Shown in pieces: positions 43,139-53,256 of a stretch of DNA of 64,000 bases. The DNA is from Nitrospirales bacterium. Its GTDB lineage: Bacteria > Nitrospirota > Nitrospiria > Nitrospirales > UBA8639. Numbering within the stretch: the stretch's first letter is position 1; each line of letters begins with the position of its first letter. Below the pieces are notes generated by a model that worked only from the letters and a program-made list of their open reading frames with translations, ran no database searches and had not been told where the DNA came from. Both the position numbers and the translations under genes were made by a program. The stretch spans positions 3,584,001 to 3,648,000 of the forward strand of contig OY820905.2 in the NCBI GenBank assembly GCA_963555755.3, read 5' to 3'.

Positions 43139-43929
43139 AAGGCCGAATTTTTAAAAATAAAGAAGGCAAGCGTCGTCGGGGGGTGCATCTCATCCCCAAT
43201 ATTTTGACCACGGGTAATCTGTTTAGTGGATTGGCCTCGGTACTTTTTGTGTTTCATGGCCGTTTTGAAGCGGCGGCGATTGCGATTTTGATTGCCATGG
43301 TGTTTGACGTGTTGGATGGTACTTCTGCGCGTTTGACCGATAGTACAAGCGAGTTTGGTGTTGAGTATGATTCGTTATCGGATCTCATTTCCTTTGGACT
43401 TGCCCCGGGAATTTTGATTTATGTCTGGGCATTGGAATCTCCTGGTATGTTAGGTGCGGCGATCATGTTTGCCTATGTGGCCTGCGGCGCGCTCCGGTTA
43501 GCCAGATTCAACGTTATTGGAAGTAGCGGGGACAGTCGATATTTTATGGGATTGCCCATTCCCGCTGCGGCTGGCTTCATCTCGACGTTCTATATTTTCG
43601 ATAAGCATATCGGACACTTGTCGGAAGTTGTCCTCCCCTATGTGGTGATCGCGTTGAGCTTGCTCATGTCGTTTCTGATGGTCAGTACTGTGAAATATCG
43701 CAGTATGAAGCAGCTGAAGTTTCAGGGCCAACATCATTTCATGTATTTAGTCTGGGCTGTATTGATTCTGGTATCTGTCATGGCCTACCCTCAGCTCATG
43801 CTGTTTGTGATTTGTCTGGGGTATGCGACTTCCGGACTACTAGAAAAAGGTTGGGAGTTGATTAAATCTCCAGGAAGACGAGAAACCGCCTCGGGCAGCC
43901 CGCAGTCTCTGTTTAATTCAAAGGAATAA
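43135..43929 (+). CDS. pssA: CDP-diacylglycerol--serine O-phosphatidyltransferase
   Basis: DVLDG..AR..G..YDSLSD, RLARFN, GLPIP. Confidence 0.94.
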   Translation: MKGRIFKNKEGKRRRGVHLIPNILTTGNLFSGLASVLFVFHGRFEAAAIAILIAMVFDVLDGTSARLTDSTSEFGVEYDSLSDLISFGLAPGILIYVWALESPGMLGAAIMFAYVACGALRLARFNVIGSSGDSRYFMGLPIPAAAGFISTFYIFDKHIGHLSEVVLPYVVIALSLLMSFLMVSTVKYRSMKQLKFQGQHHFMYLVWAVLILVSVMAYPQLMLFVICLGYATSGLLEKGWELIKSPGRRETASGSPQSLFNSKE

Positions 43930-44116
43930 GGACCTGAGAGAAAATACCTTGGACCATATCGCGCCAAGATTTGGGTCGGATTTGGACGGAACGATTGAGA
44001 AACACCCGAGGCATAGCACAGCTATGTTGAGGGTTTGTCGATTGAGGCCCGTTCAAAGAGGGCCCGAAGATTGGATGCGAGATGTCCAAGGTATTTTCTC
44101 TCAGGTCCTAAATCTC

Positions 44117-44212
44117 ATGGGTAAATGGCAAGGAAAAGGAAGGGCCACTCTCCTCTTATGTGATGAGCGCCTTACACTGCGCGGTTTCCTTGGACCGTCA
44201 GTATTGCTCTAA
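44117..44212 (+). promoter_or_regulatory. Putative leu attenuator leader peptide (31 aa, 8 Leu)
   Basis: MGKWQGKGRATLLLCDERLTLRGFLGPSVLL* followed by a terminator, upstream of leuA. Confidence 0.55.
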
Positions 44213-44233
44213 TGACCCCGGGACCAGGTGGGT

Positions 44234-44271
44234 AGCCTTCACCTCAACGGGGTGAAGGCTTTTTTATTTTT
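44234..44271 (+). terminator. Intrinsic terminator (attenuator) upstream of leuA
   Basis: AGCCTTCACC-TCAACGG-GGTGAAGGCT plus T-tract. Confidence 0.85.
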
Positions 44272-44410
44272 GAGGGCATTGAAAATGGCCGCCAGCGGCG
44301 TTCTCGCCATTTTGCCGTGCTCACGTACTCCATGTACGCTCCGCGCGTCAAAATGGCTGCGGCCTTGCTGAACGGACCATTTTGAATCCCCTCTATTGGA
44401 GGACTTTCCT

Positions 44411-45958
44411 ATGACACGCCACATCAGAATGTTTGATACCACCCTGCGAGACGGAGAACAGTCTCCCGGGGCCAGTATGAACGTTGAAGAAAAAGTTCTG
44501 GTCGCCAAACAATTGGGCCGGTTGAATGTCGATATTATTGAGGCCGGGTTTGCTTTTAGTTCGCCGGGCGATTTTGAGGCGGTGCAACGCATTGGGCAAG
44601 AAGTCGAAGGCCCAATCGTGTGTAGTTTAGCGCGGGCCAAACCGGAAGATATTGATGCCGCCTGGAAGGCGTTGAAAGATGCGCCCAAACCGCGCATTCA
44701 CACCTTTTTATCGACTTCGGATATTCACCTGAAACATCAGTTTCGCATGACGCGAGAACAAGCGCTTAAACGAGCGGTGGAGATGGTCAAGCATGCGCGA
44801 AGCTATGTAGACGACGTTGAGTTTTCCCCGATGGATGCAACGCGGTCCGATATCTCCTATCTGTGTGAAGTGGTAGAAGCGGTAATCGACGCTGGGGCTG
44901 GCACGGTGAATATCCCCGACACCGTAGGCTACACGACCCCACAAGAATTTGGCGAAATTATTCGCACGATCCGGACTCGTGTTCGGGATTGTGATCGTGC
45001 GATCATTTCTGTCCATTGCCACAATGACTTGGGGTTAGCGGTGGCCAATTCCATGGCTGCCATCCATGTCGGTGCGGGCCAAGTGGAATGCACGATTAAT
45101 GGAATTGGCGAGCGAGCGGGCAATGCGTCACTCGAAGAAATCGTAATGGGACTGCGGACGCGAAAAGATTTTTATAATGCGGAATCCCAAATTCACACCG
45201 AAGAAATTTCCAAGACGAGTCGGCTGGTCAGCAAAATCACAGGGATGGTGGTTCAGCCGAATAAAGCCATTGTCGGGGCTAATGCCTTCGCCCATACTTC
45301 AGGGATCCATCAGGATGGCCTACTCAAGGATAAGAGCACCTATGAAATCATGCAGCCGGATTCCATCGGGTTAACACAAAGCCGACTCGTGATGGGTAAG
45401 TTGTCAGGCCGTCATGCCTTTCGGGAAGAATTGAACAAGCTCGGCTATTCCCTGACAGATGAGGAAGTCAATTCCGCATTCGTACGATTCAAACGGTTAG
45501 CGGATCAGAAAAAGGAATTGTTCGAGGAAGACTTAGAAGCAATTGTTTCAGAAACGGCGACCAAAGTACCGGAGCGGTATTCGTTGAAAGCCCTCAGCAC
45601 GCAAAGCGGCATGAATCAAGTGCCAACCGCCACGGTCGAGTTGGATATTGAGGGAGAGGTGTTAAAAGAAACCGGAACCGGCGATGGCCCTGTGGATGCC
45701 GTGTATCGGACGATTGCCCAGATCACACAAACCAAAAGTAAATTGTTGGCCTATGTCGTGAAAGCCATTACCGGTGGGACGGATGCGCAAGGTGAAGTAT
45801 CGGTTCGTTTAGAGCAAGCCGATGAAATCGTCACCGGGAATGGGGCCGATACCGATATTATTGTGGCCTCGGCTCAAGCGTATCTGAATGCTCTCAATAA
45901 ACTGTCTTTGCAATTAGAACGCCGGGCCAACACCGGAGATAAGATTGGCCTTTGTTAG
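44411..45958 (+). CDS. leuA: 2-isopropylmalate synthase
   Basis: DTTLRDGEQ, HCHNDLG, GERAGN, regulatory domain. Confidence 0.97.
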   Translation: MTRHIRMFDTTLRDGEQSPGASMNVEEKVLVAKQLGRLNVDIIEAGFAFSSPGDFEAVQRIGQEVEGPIVCSLARAKPEDIDAAWKALKDAPKPRIHTFLSTSDIHLKHQFRMTREQALKRAVEMVKHARSYVDDVEFSPMDATRSDISYLCEVVEAVIDAGAGTVNIPDTVGYTTPQEFGEIIRTIRTRVRDCDRAIISVHCHNDLGLAVANSMAAIHVGAGQVECTINGIGERAGNASLEEIVMGLRTRKDFYNAESQIHTEEISKTSRLVSKITGMVVQPNKAIVGANAFAHTSGIHQDGLLKDKSTYEIMQPDSIGLTQSRLVMGKLSGRHAFREELNKLGYSLTDEEVNSAFVRFKRLADQKKELFEEDLEAIVSETATKVPERYSLKALSTQSGMNQVPTATVELDIEGEVLKETGTGDGPVDAVYRTIAQITQTKSKLLAYVVKAITGGTDAQGEVSVRLEQADEIVTGNGADTDIIVASAQAYLNALNKLSLQLERRANTGDKIGLC

Positions 45959-45988
45959 GAATAGTTATGGAAGGGGTCGTATATTGTT

Positions 45989-47065
45989 ATGGATAAGAAA
46001 ATTGCAGTATTGGCAGGGGATGGTATAGGCCCGGAGATTGTTCCGGCGGCCATCAATGTGTTGGAAGCTGTAGGAAAACTATGTGGCCTTTCGTTTGAAT
46101 TTATTTCTGCAGCTGTTGGTGGGAAAGCGATTGATGATACGGGATGGCCTTTACCTGATGAGACCTTGACCTTAGCGAAATCCAGCGATGCGGTGTTGTT
46201 GGGAGCGGTGGGGGGACCGAAATGGGAAGGCTTGGACTATGAACGAAGGCCTGAACGAGCGTTGTTGGGTCTGCGGGAAAAACTTGGTTTGTTTGCGAAT
46301 CTGCGTCCGGCCAAACTGTATTCGGAATTAGCCGATGCTTCGACCCTCAAGCGTGAGGTCATCGAGGGTATTGATATTTTGGTGGTGCGTGAGCTCACCG
46401 GTGGAATTTATTTTGGAAAGCCCAAAGGTGTGGAAGTGACACCGACAGGCCATCGAGGCTTTAATACCGAAGTCTACACCACGGAAGAAATTACACGGAT
46501 TGCCAAAGTCGCGTTTGAAATTGCCCGCACGCGACGGAAACTGGTCACGTCAATCGATAAGGCGAATGTGTTGGAATCCTCGGAGTTGTGGAGGAGAGTG
46601 GTCATCGAGGTCCACAAAGATTACCAAGATGTGGAGTTGCGACACATGTATGTTGACAACTGCGCCATGCAACTCATTCGAAATCCCAAACAATTTGATG
46701 TGATCGTCACGACCAATTTGTTTGGAGATATTTTAAGCGATGAAGCCGCCATGCTGACCGGATCGATTGGGATGTTGCCGTCGGCCAGTGTTGGTGCAGA
46801 GGTGGGCATGTATGAACCCATTCATGGCAGCGCGCCGGATATTGCGGGAAAAGATATGGCCAACCCCATTGGCATGATTGCCTCTGGCGCGATGATGCTT
46901 CGACATTCGTTTGATTTAGGGAAAGAAGCGGATCTCATTGAAAGTGCCATTCAAAAAGTGTTGGCCCAAGGCTATCGAACCAAAGATATTGAAGCTCCAG
47001 GCACCAAGCTCGTCGGTACCAAAGAAATGGGTTCTCTTATTCTCCAGAACATGGGGCAAGGGTAA
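45989..47065 (+). CDS. leuB: 3-isopropylmalate dehydrogenase
   Basis: [31 protein letters not shown]. Confidence 0.97.
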   Translation: MDKKIAVLAGDGIGPEIVPAAINVLEAVGKLCGLSFEFISAAVGGKAIDDTGWPLPDETLTLAKSSDAVLLGAVGGPKWEGLDYERRPERALLGLREKLGLFANLRPAKLYSELADASTLKREVIEGIDILVVRELTGGIYFGKPKGVEVTPTGHRGFNTEVYTTEEITRIAKVAFEIARTRRKLVTSIDKANVLESSELWRRVVIEVHKDYQDVELRHMYVDNCAMQLIRNPKQFDVIVTTNLFGDILSDEAAMLTGSIGMLPSASVGAEVGMYEPIHGSAPDIAGKDMANPIGMIASGAMMLRHSFDLGKEADLIESAIQKVLAQGYRTKDIEAPGTKLVGTKEMGSLILQNMGQG

Positions 47066-47066
47066 G

Positions 47067-48272
47067 ATGCTGAAATCCATTCAAGCTGGAACGATTGGTA
47101 CCATAGCCGGGGCCGGTGAGTCAGGGTGCGCTGGGGATGCTGGTCCGGCAACGGCTGCGTTATTAAACGAGCCCAAAAATATTGCGGTCGATGCCACAGG
47201 GAATCTCTACATCGCCGATTCGGAAAATCACCTGATTCGTAAAGTCGATGCACAAACGGGAATCATCACGACGATCGCTGGAACTTTCATGGGCGAGGAT
47301 TCGGCTTCCAAACCTGACGAGCCTCCTATGGCCACCTTTGAGGAAGAGGAAGATCCTCTGGCTGATCCGGTTTCCAAACCCGAAGATGCCTATGCGCAAA
47401 AATCCGACTTGAGTGGAATGGTTCGCTATTTTGGGGGAACAAAATCTACGGACCAGCGGTTTTCCGGGGATGGCGGTCCGGCGACAAAGGCTGCACTCAA
47501 TTTTCCCTCGGCTGTGGCCGTGGCTGATGATGGCACCGTGTATATTGCCGATACGTGGAATCATCGGATTCGGCGCGTTGATCCTCAGACTGGGGTCATC
47601 TCCACAATTTCCGGTACAGGCCAGACGAAATTTTTCGGGGATAACGGGCCTGCCGAAAAAGCAGCCTTGAACGAGCCCGTGGCCTTGGCTCTCGATGGAC
47701 ACGGTCATTTGTATATCGCCGATCAAAGCAACAATCGAATCCGAAAGATTGATCTTTCCTCGGGAGTCATCACTACCGTTGCGGGCACTGGGGAATCGGG
47801 ATATAACGGGGACGGGGCTCAGGGTCCCGACACCGCGTTAGCGGGTCCCAGTGGGCTGGCTGTTGATCAAGAGGGCAATCTATACATTGCCGATACCTTT
47901 AGTAGTCGGATTCGGAAGTTGGATTGTTCGACCGGGATTGTTGATGCGGTGGTAGGAGGAGTTGGGGCTTATCAATTTGCACCGGGTGAAAATGAATCCT
48001 CTCCTAGTCTGTCTCGACCGTACGCTATTGCTATTCATCCTGACGGTCGCCTGTTCATTACAGATAGCGATAATCACTTGATCCGAGTGTGGAATGTTCA
48101 GACCAAAGAAATGTTACTTTTGGCTGGTAATGGGAAGGCAGAGTTTTCAGGTGATGGCCAGAACCCTGTAGAAAGTAGTTTGAACTATCCCTTCGGCGTG
48201 GCCTTAGACTCTCAAGGGCATGTCTATATCGCAGACACGTTCAGTCATCGTATTCGAGTCGTTGTATATTAA
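47067..48272 (+). CDS. NHL-repeat beta-propeller protein
   Basis: Repeated GDGGPA..LN.P..VAVD..G.LYIAD..NHRIR. Confidence 0.9.
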   Translation: MLKSIQAGTIGTIAGAGESGCAGDAGPATAALLNEPKNIAVDATGNLYIADSENHLIRKVDAQTGIITTIAGTFMGEDSASKPDEPPMATFEEEEDPLADPVSKPEDAYAQKSDLSGMVRYFGGTKSTDQRFSGDGGPATKAALNFPSAVAVADDGTVYIADTWNHRIRRVDPQTGVISTISGTGQTKFFGDNGPAEKAALNEPVALALDGHGHLYIADQSNNRIRKIDLSSGVITTVAGTGESGYNGDGAQGPDTALAGPSGLAVDQEGNLYIADTFSSRIRKLDCSTGIVDAVVGGVGAYQFAPGENESSPSLSRPYAIAIHPDGRLFITDSDNHLIRVWNVQTKEMLLLAGNGKAEFSGDGQNPVESSLNYPFGVALDSQGHVYIADTFSHRIRVVVY

Positions 48273-48289
48273 AAGGATGTTCCAAACAC

Positions 48290-49300
48290 ATGAATAAAAA
48301 ATCTGCCTATACCGTCGCCGTAGTCGGTGTCACCGGAGCGGTAGGAACAGAAATGCTCTCGATCTTAGAAGAGCGAAAGTTTCCCGTTGATCAGGTGCTT
48401 CCGTTAGCTTCCTCCAGATCGGCTGGTGGAGAAGTGACCTTCCGTGGTGACAATGTCAAAATAAAATTGCTCACGAAAGATTCGTTTCAAGGGGTCGATA
48501 TCGCGTTGTTTTCAGCAGGAAGCAATGTCAGCAAAGAATACGCTCCCGTGGCAGCCAAAGCTGGTGCGGTTGTCATCGATAATAGTTCGGCCTGGCGCAT
48601 GGACCCCAAAGTCCCGTTGGTCGTCCCGGAAGTGAATCCTCACGATATTGAAACACACCAAGGCATTATCGCCAACCCGAATTGTTCCACCATTCAAATG
48701 GTGGTCGCGCTCAAACCGTTGCATGACCATGCCAAGATCACTCGTATTGTGGTCTCGACGTATCAATCGGTTTCAGGAACGGGAAAAGATGCCATGGCCG
48801 AATTGGCCGAACAATGTCGCCAACTCTTGAGTTTCGGAGACATCAAACCCAAAGTGTATCCTCACCAAATCGCGTTTAATTGCTTGCCTCACATCGATGA
48901 CTTTCTGCCTTCTGGCTACACCAAAGAAGAAATGAAAATGGTTAATGAAACGCGAAAGATCATGGGCGATGAATCCATTGGTATCGCCGCCACGACCGTG
49001 CGAGTGCCTGTGTTTGTGTGTCATGGGGAATCTATCAATATTGAAACCGAGAAAAAGTTGTCGGTCGAGGAAGCCCGCACGATTCTGTCTCAAGCTCCTG
49101 GGGTGCAATTGCAGGATGATCCTTCCCAGGGGGTGTATCCTCTTCAGATTGATGCAGCGGGAACCGATGCGGTGTTTGTTGGACGTATTCGCGAGGATGA
49201 TTCCATTCCTAAAGGCCTCAGCCTGTGGGTGGTGGCTGATAATTTGCGAAAAGGCGCTGCCTTGAACGCCGTTCAGATCGCTGAGGAATTGGTGAAGTGA
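48290..49300 (+). CDS. asd: Aspartate-semialdehyde dehydrogenase
   Basis: IANPNCST, TYQSVSG, DNLRKGAALNA. Confidence 0.97.
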   Translation: MNKKSAYTVAVVGVTGAVGTEMLSILEERKFPVDQVLPLASSRSAGGEVTFRGDNVKIKLLTKDSFQGVDIALFSAGSNVSKEYAPVAAKAGAVVIDNSSAWRMDPKVPLVVPEVNPHDIETHQGIIANPNCSTIQMVVALKPLHDHAKITRIVVSTYQSVSGTGKDAMAELAEQCRQLLSFGDIKPKVYPHQIAFNCLPHIDDFLPSGYTKEEMKMVNETRKIMGDESIGIAATTVRVPVFVCHGESINIETEKKLSVEEARTILSQAPGVQLQDDPSQGVYPLQIDAAGTDAVFVGRIREDDSIPKGLSLWVVADNLRKGAALNAVQIAEELVK

Positions 49301-49303
49301 ACC

Positions 49304-49549
49304 ATGCCAGAGTTCGGTGTGCTTGGGAAAATGCTCATCTTCATGGGCTTGGGGATTGTAGCCATCGGCATTATTCTCTCGCTGATTGGCAAGTTGCCGA
49401 GTGAAGGCAGCGGGCTTGGCTGGTTAGGAAAACTTCCCGGAGATTTTTTCATTAAACGTGACAACTTCACGTTGTACTTTCCACTCAGCACCAGCATCAT
49501 TATCAGCATCGTCGGCAGCTTACTGTTGTACCTCTTCATGAGACGTTGA
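49304..49549 (+). CDS. DUF2905 membrane protein
   Basis: LGKLPGDF..YFPL; typical context before spoIID-queA. Confidence 0.88.
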   Translation: MPEFGVLGKMLIFMGLGIVAIGIILSLIGKLPSEGSGLGWLGKLPGDFFIKRDNFTLYFPLSTSIIISIVGSLLLYLFMRR

Positions 49550-49556
49550 ACTCCTG

Positions 49557-50744
49557 ATGCCCCTTTCTTTCCGAATCCATATTTTCATCCTGAGTATTGG
49601 CCTTCTTCTTTTGCCCTTGGAAGGCCAGGCTCGCGGTGTGCCGATAGTGCGGGTCGCACTGACTCTCAAAGCCAGTCAGGTCAAACTGTCCTCCTCACAG
49701 CCACTCAATCTATCTTTCCCGGGAGGTAAACAACTTCAGGTGGCCAAGTCTGCCTTTATTCGTTCAATGAGGGACGGGCTTCTGATCAATGGGAAGAAGA
49801 CAAAGACTGACACGGTTGTGATTGAAACCCGAGGTCGCAATCTTCATCTCTCGATTGACAGCGGAGTTCGGAGGAAACCAAGCCGGCAATGGGTGGTTCG
49901 CGGTGCTATTGTTTTGACCGTGAAGGGTTCCCATTTACTCGTTGTCAATAATATCGATTTGGAAAACTATGTTGCCGGTGTGGTGAGTTCCGAAATTAGT
50001 CCAGACTGGCATGAAGAAGTTCTCAAAACCCAATCGGTCGCCGCACGCACCTATGTGCTGCACAAAAAACTTCTTCATGAGCATCCGTTGTATGATGTGG
50101 TGGCCAGCATTCAAGACCAAGTGTATACCGGGGCTAAACAAGTGAATGGCTCGGTGCGGGAAGCCGTAAAGGCTACACGCGGGCAAGTACTGACTTATGA
50201 GCAGCGGCCAATTTTTGCAGCCTATTCGTCAACCGCCGCTGGCCCAACGGAAGATGCGTTCAATGTATGGGAGAAAGACCTCCCATATCTGAAGGGGGTG
50301 GATTGTCCCTTTGACGAAGAGTCTCCACGGTATCAATGGGAAACGGCCATTTCCTTTCAGTTGTTTGAGCAAAGCTTGCGCGACGAAGGTCTGGTCGTCG
50401 GCGCCATGGCGACCCTTGTCCCGTACACCTTTACCCGTGCCGGGCGTGTCAATGAAATCCGGATCCTTCATTCCAAAGGAGAATTGATTGTTCGAGGACA
50501 AGACCTGCGCCGCATCATCGGATATTCCAAAATTCGCAGCACACAGTTTCATATTAAAAGCATTGGGCGAGAAGTGGTTTTTACCGGCAAGGGAGCCGGC
50601 CATGCCGTGGGATTGTGTCAGTGGGGCGCGAAAGAAATGGCGGAGTTAGGATATAGATATGAGTCTATCCTCCAATATTACTATCCCGGCACAAACCTCT
50701 TGCCCTTCAATCGTGTAGTCATGAGCCCACCCCCCATATCGTAA
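49557..50744 (+). CDS. SpoIID/LytB domain protein
   Basis: LENYVAGVVSSE, QSVAARTY, GHAVGLCQWGA, ILQYYYPG. Confidence 0.92.
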   Translation: MPLSFRIHIFILSIGLLLLPLEGQARGVPIVRVALTLKASQVKLSSSQPLNLSFPGGKQLQVAKSAFIRSMRDGLLINGKKTKTDTVVIETRGRNLHLSIDSGVRRKPSRQWVVRGAIVLTVKGSHLLVVNNIDLENYVAGVVSSEISPDWHEEVLKTQSVAARTYVLHKKLLHEHPLYDVVASIQDQVYTGAKQVNGSVREAVKATRGQVLTYEQRPIFAAYSSTAAGPTEDAFNVWEKDLPYLKGVDCPFDEESPRYQWETAISFQLFEQSLRDEGLVVGAMATLVPYTFTRAGRVNEIRILHSKGELIVRGQDLRRIIGYSKIRSTQFHIKSIGREVVFTGKGAGHAVGLCQWGAKEMAELGYRYESILQYYYPGTNLLPFNRVVMSPPPIS

Positions 50745-50983
50745 ATCTTGTTATTCCCCCAGAACTCAACGAAGGTTGTCCCATCAAGATTCCCCCTTTG
50801 GAAAAGGGGGGTAGGGGGATTTTCTAATCCTTTTGTAACTACTCAGGTATTTAGGCTGAAGGCTAAAGACTGAAGGCTATTACACATAATGCCCAACGTT
50901 TAGTATGATCACACATGATTGCCCCCTAAAAGCCTTCGGCCTTCAGCCTATCCACCTGAGTTACCTTTACTCTTAAAAACCCT

Positions 50984-52000
50984 ATGCTCCTCTCTGACTT
51001 CGATGTGCCCTTCGATGAAACGCTCATCGCCGAATATCCCGCGTCTCCCCGAGATCATGCCCGCCTGTTAGTTGTCCCGAAGGATGATGGCCCCTTTCGC
51101 CATCATCAAGTGCGAGATCTTCCTTCCCTGCTCAAACCAGGCGATGTGCTGGTGCTCAATGACACCAAAGTCATTCCCGCACGGCTGCGAGGTATCAAGT
51201 TGCCGGGAGGGGGCAAGGTGGAATTGTTGCTGGTCCGACCAGTGGAAGATACGGTTTGGGAGGTGTTGCTCAAAGGGCATGTGAAAGAAGGCCAGGTCCT
51301 GCAACTGTCGAAAGAAGCCACTGCCATTGTGAAGGAGCGTGGGGAACGGACGGTCGTACAATTCAACATGCCAGGTTCAATGCAGGATCTGCTTCAACAA
51401 TCAGGAGAAATTCCTCTTCCGCCTTATATTAAACGAAAGGTAGAACAAGCCGATGCCCAAACCTACCAAACCGTCTATGCGCGCACAGAAGGTGCGGTGG
51501 CTGCGCCAACAGCCGGCCTGCATTTCACATCGGAACTCCTAGAGAGTTTAAAGAAGCAAGACATTCAGATGGTGAGCATCACCCTTCATGTCGGACCAGG
51601 AACCTTCAAACCGGTGACGGTAGAAAAAATCGAAGAACATCGAATGGATGCCGAGTGGTTCGAGATTTCCGAACAATCAGCCGAGTCTATCAATACCGCC
51701 AAAGCCGAAGGCCGACGCATCGTCGCAGTAGGAACCACCGCCGTCAGAACGTTAGAAGCCTCGGCAGTTCACGAAGGCCTTGTTCGAGCAGGAAGCGAAG
51801 AAACCCGCCTATTCATAACCCCCGGCTTCGAGTTTAAAGTTGTCGATGCCATGCTCACCAACTTCCACTTCCCAAGAACCACCCTCATCATGCTAGTCTC
51901 AGCCCTAGCCGGGAAAGAGCGCATCCGAGTCGCCTACGAAGAAGCCATCAAAGAACAATACCGTTTTTACAGCTATGGCGACGCTATGCTGATCCAATAG
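50984..52000 (+). CDS. queA: S-adenosylmethionine:tRNA ribosyltransferase-isomerase
   Basis: PLPPYI, AAPTAGLHF, LHVGPGTF, YRFYSYGDAM. Confidence 0.97.
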   Translation: MLLSDFDVPFDETLIAEYPASPRDHARLLVVPKDDGPFRHHQVRDLPSLLKPGDVLVLNDTKVIPARLRGIKLPGGGKVELLLVRPVEDTVWEVLLKGHVKEGQVLQLSKEATAIVKERGERTVVQFNMPGSMQDLLQQSGEIPLPPYIKRKVEQADAQTYQTVYARTEGAVAAPTAGLHFTSELLESLKKQDIQMVSITLHVGPGTFKPVTVEKIEEHRMDAEWFEISEQSAESINTAKAEGRRIVAVGTTAVRTLEASAVHEGLVRAGSEETRLFITPGFEFKVVDAMLTNFHFPRTTLIMLVSALAGKERIRVAYEEAIKEQYRFYSYGDAMLIQ

Positions 52001-52237
52001 AGGCCCTGTCCCAAAATCCCGCCAGCAGCGTTCTCGGCCTGCTGTGGTGCTCACGTACTGGAGTACGCTCCGCTCCCCAACAGCCCTGCGGCCTTGCTGG
52101 GCCCAATTTCTGGGCGGTCCTCGTCATCTTCCCAACTTTTGTTACGCCTTTTGGTCATACATATCGCAGTTTTCATATTTTTGGAAATTTTACATAATTC
52201 CTCTAGGCTGCGATTAGTCGATCTGGGGGTTTAGCAG

Positions 52238-53113
52238 ATGAAACTGATAAAGCCAAAAATTGAAAGCACTATTCATAGTCCGGATTTTAGGGAATGGTGT
52301 CCATCTTCCTTCGAGTCTTTTCTTGTCGAATTGAACCATATCGTTGATTCATGTGAGGGTGATGATCCTGCTCCCTTGTTTAGAGGTCAAGCAAATAAAG
52401 GATGGCATCTCGACTCGACATTTGTCAGAAATTGTATTCAGCACCTTTTTAATATTCCTGACTACCGCACAGTAAAAAAAGAAGTAAGGCAATCAGTTCC
52501 CTTTCATAAAGCTATGGCATCTTTATTTTTGTTAAAATATGGAACGCTTTGGAACCCAAGTCCGGAATCTTTTGAACGAGAAGAAGTTGATGGTATCGAC
52601 CCATGGTTTGAGTTGTTAAAGAACTTGCAGCAGTACCCAGAAAATGACCGTTTTATAAATGGTACTTTTCTGGTGGATTGGAGTTGGTCCAAAGATATTG
52701 CCTTATACTTTGCAATTTTCCATGGGAAGGGACAGGAGAGGGAGGTGAGTTCTGGAGATGGATCCTTATGGATATATGATTCCGTTGCAACAGGAAACAC
52801 TCTTCAGCAAAAAAAGCTTGGTGAAATACTTTCAATGATGAGGAGTGAGGAATTTTTGAACGGTAGCAAGACTTTCCCACTTTTATTTTATCCACCTAGC
52901 CAAACCTTGCAGCCTCGCCAGAAAAATCAAGCCCCTTTTTATATTGCCCAAATGGACTTTCGGTATGATTTGGCGGATCATTGGGCCTCTTATGAGGAGC
53001 AGAATAAAAAAAGAGTATTTATCAAATTGGTCATAGATGAAATTTTAAAGGAGGAAGCTGCTAAATATCTCGAGTCGAATAATATTAGTGAAAAATTTGT
53101 TTACCCTGCATGA
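52238..53113 (+). CDS. FRG domain protein (AT-rich)
   Basis: LFRGQ..QQY..LVDWS..IALYFA. Confidence 0.85.
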   Translation: MKLIKPKIESTIHSPDFREWCPSSFESFLVELNHIVDSCEGDDPAPLFRGQANKGWHLDSTFVRNCIQHLFNIPDYRTVKKEVRQSVPFHKAMASLFLLKYGTLWNPSPESFEREEVDGIDPWFELLKNLQQYPENDRFINGTFLVDWSWSKDIALYFAIFHGKGQEREVSSGDGSLWIYDSVATGNTLQQKKLGEILSMMRSEEFLNGSKTFPLLFYPPSQTLQPRQKNQAPFYIAQMDFRYDLADHWASYEEQNKKRVFIKLVIDEILKEEAAKYLESNNISEKFVYPA

Positions 53114-53256
53114 TCGATGGGAAAAGCTTTGTCCCCTCTCAACGCCTCGGGCGCGGCGGAGCCGCAGCCCCGAATCGACTTTTTGGCGAAGGTTGTTTGA
53201 GCAGAGCGAGTTCCTGAGCCATCTTATTCGGGGTGGAGGCGGAGGGACCCCCATGG

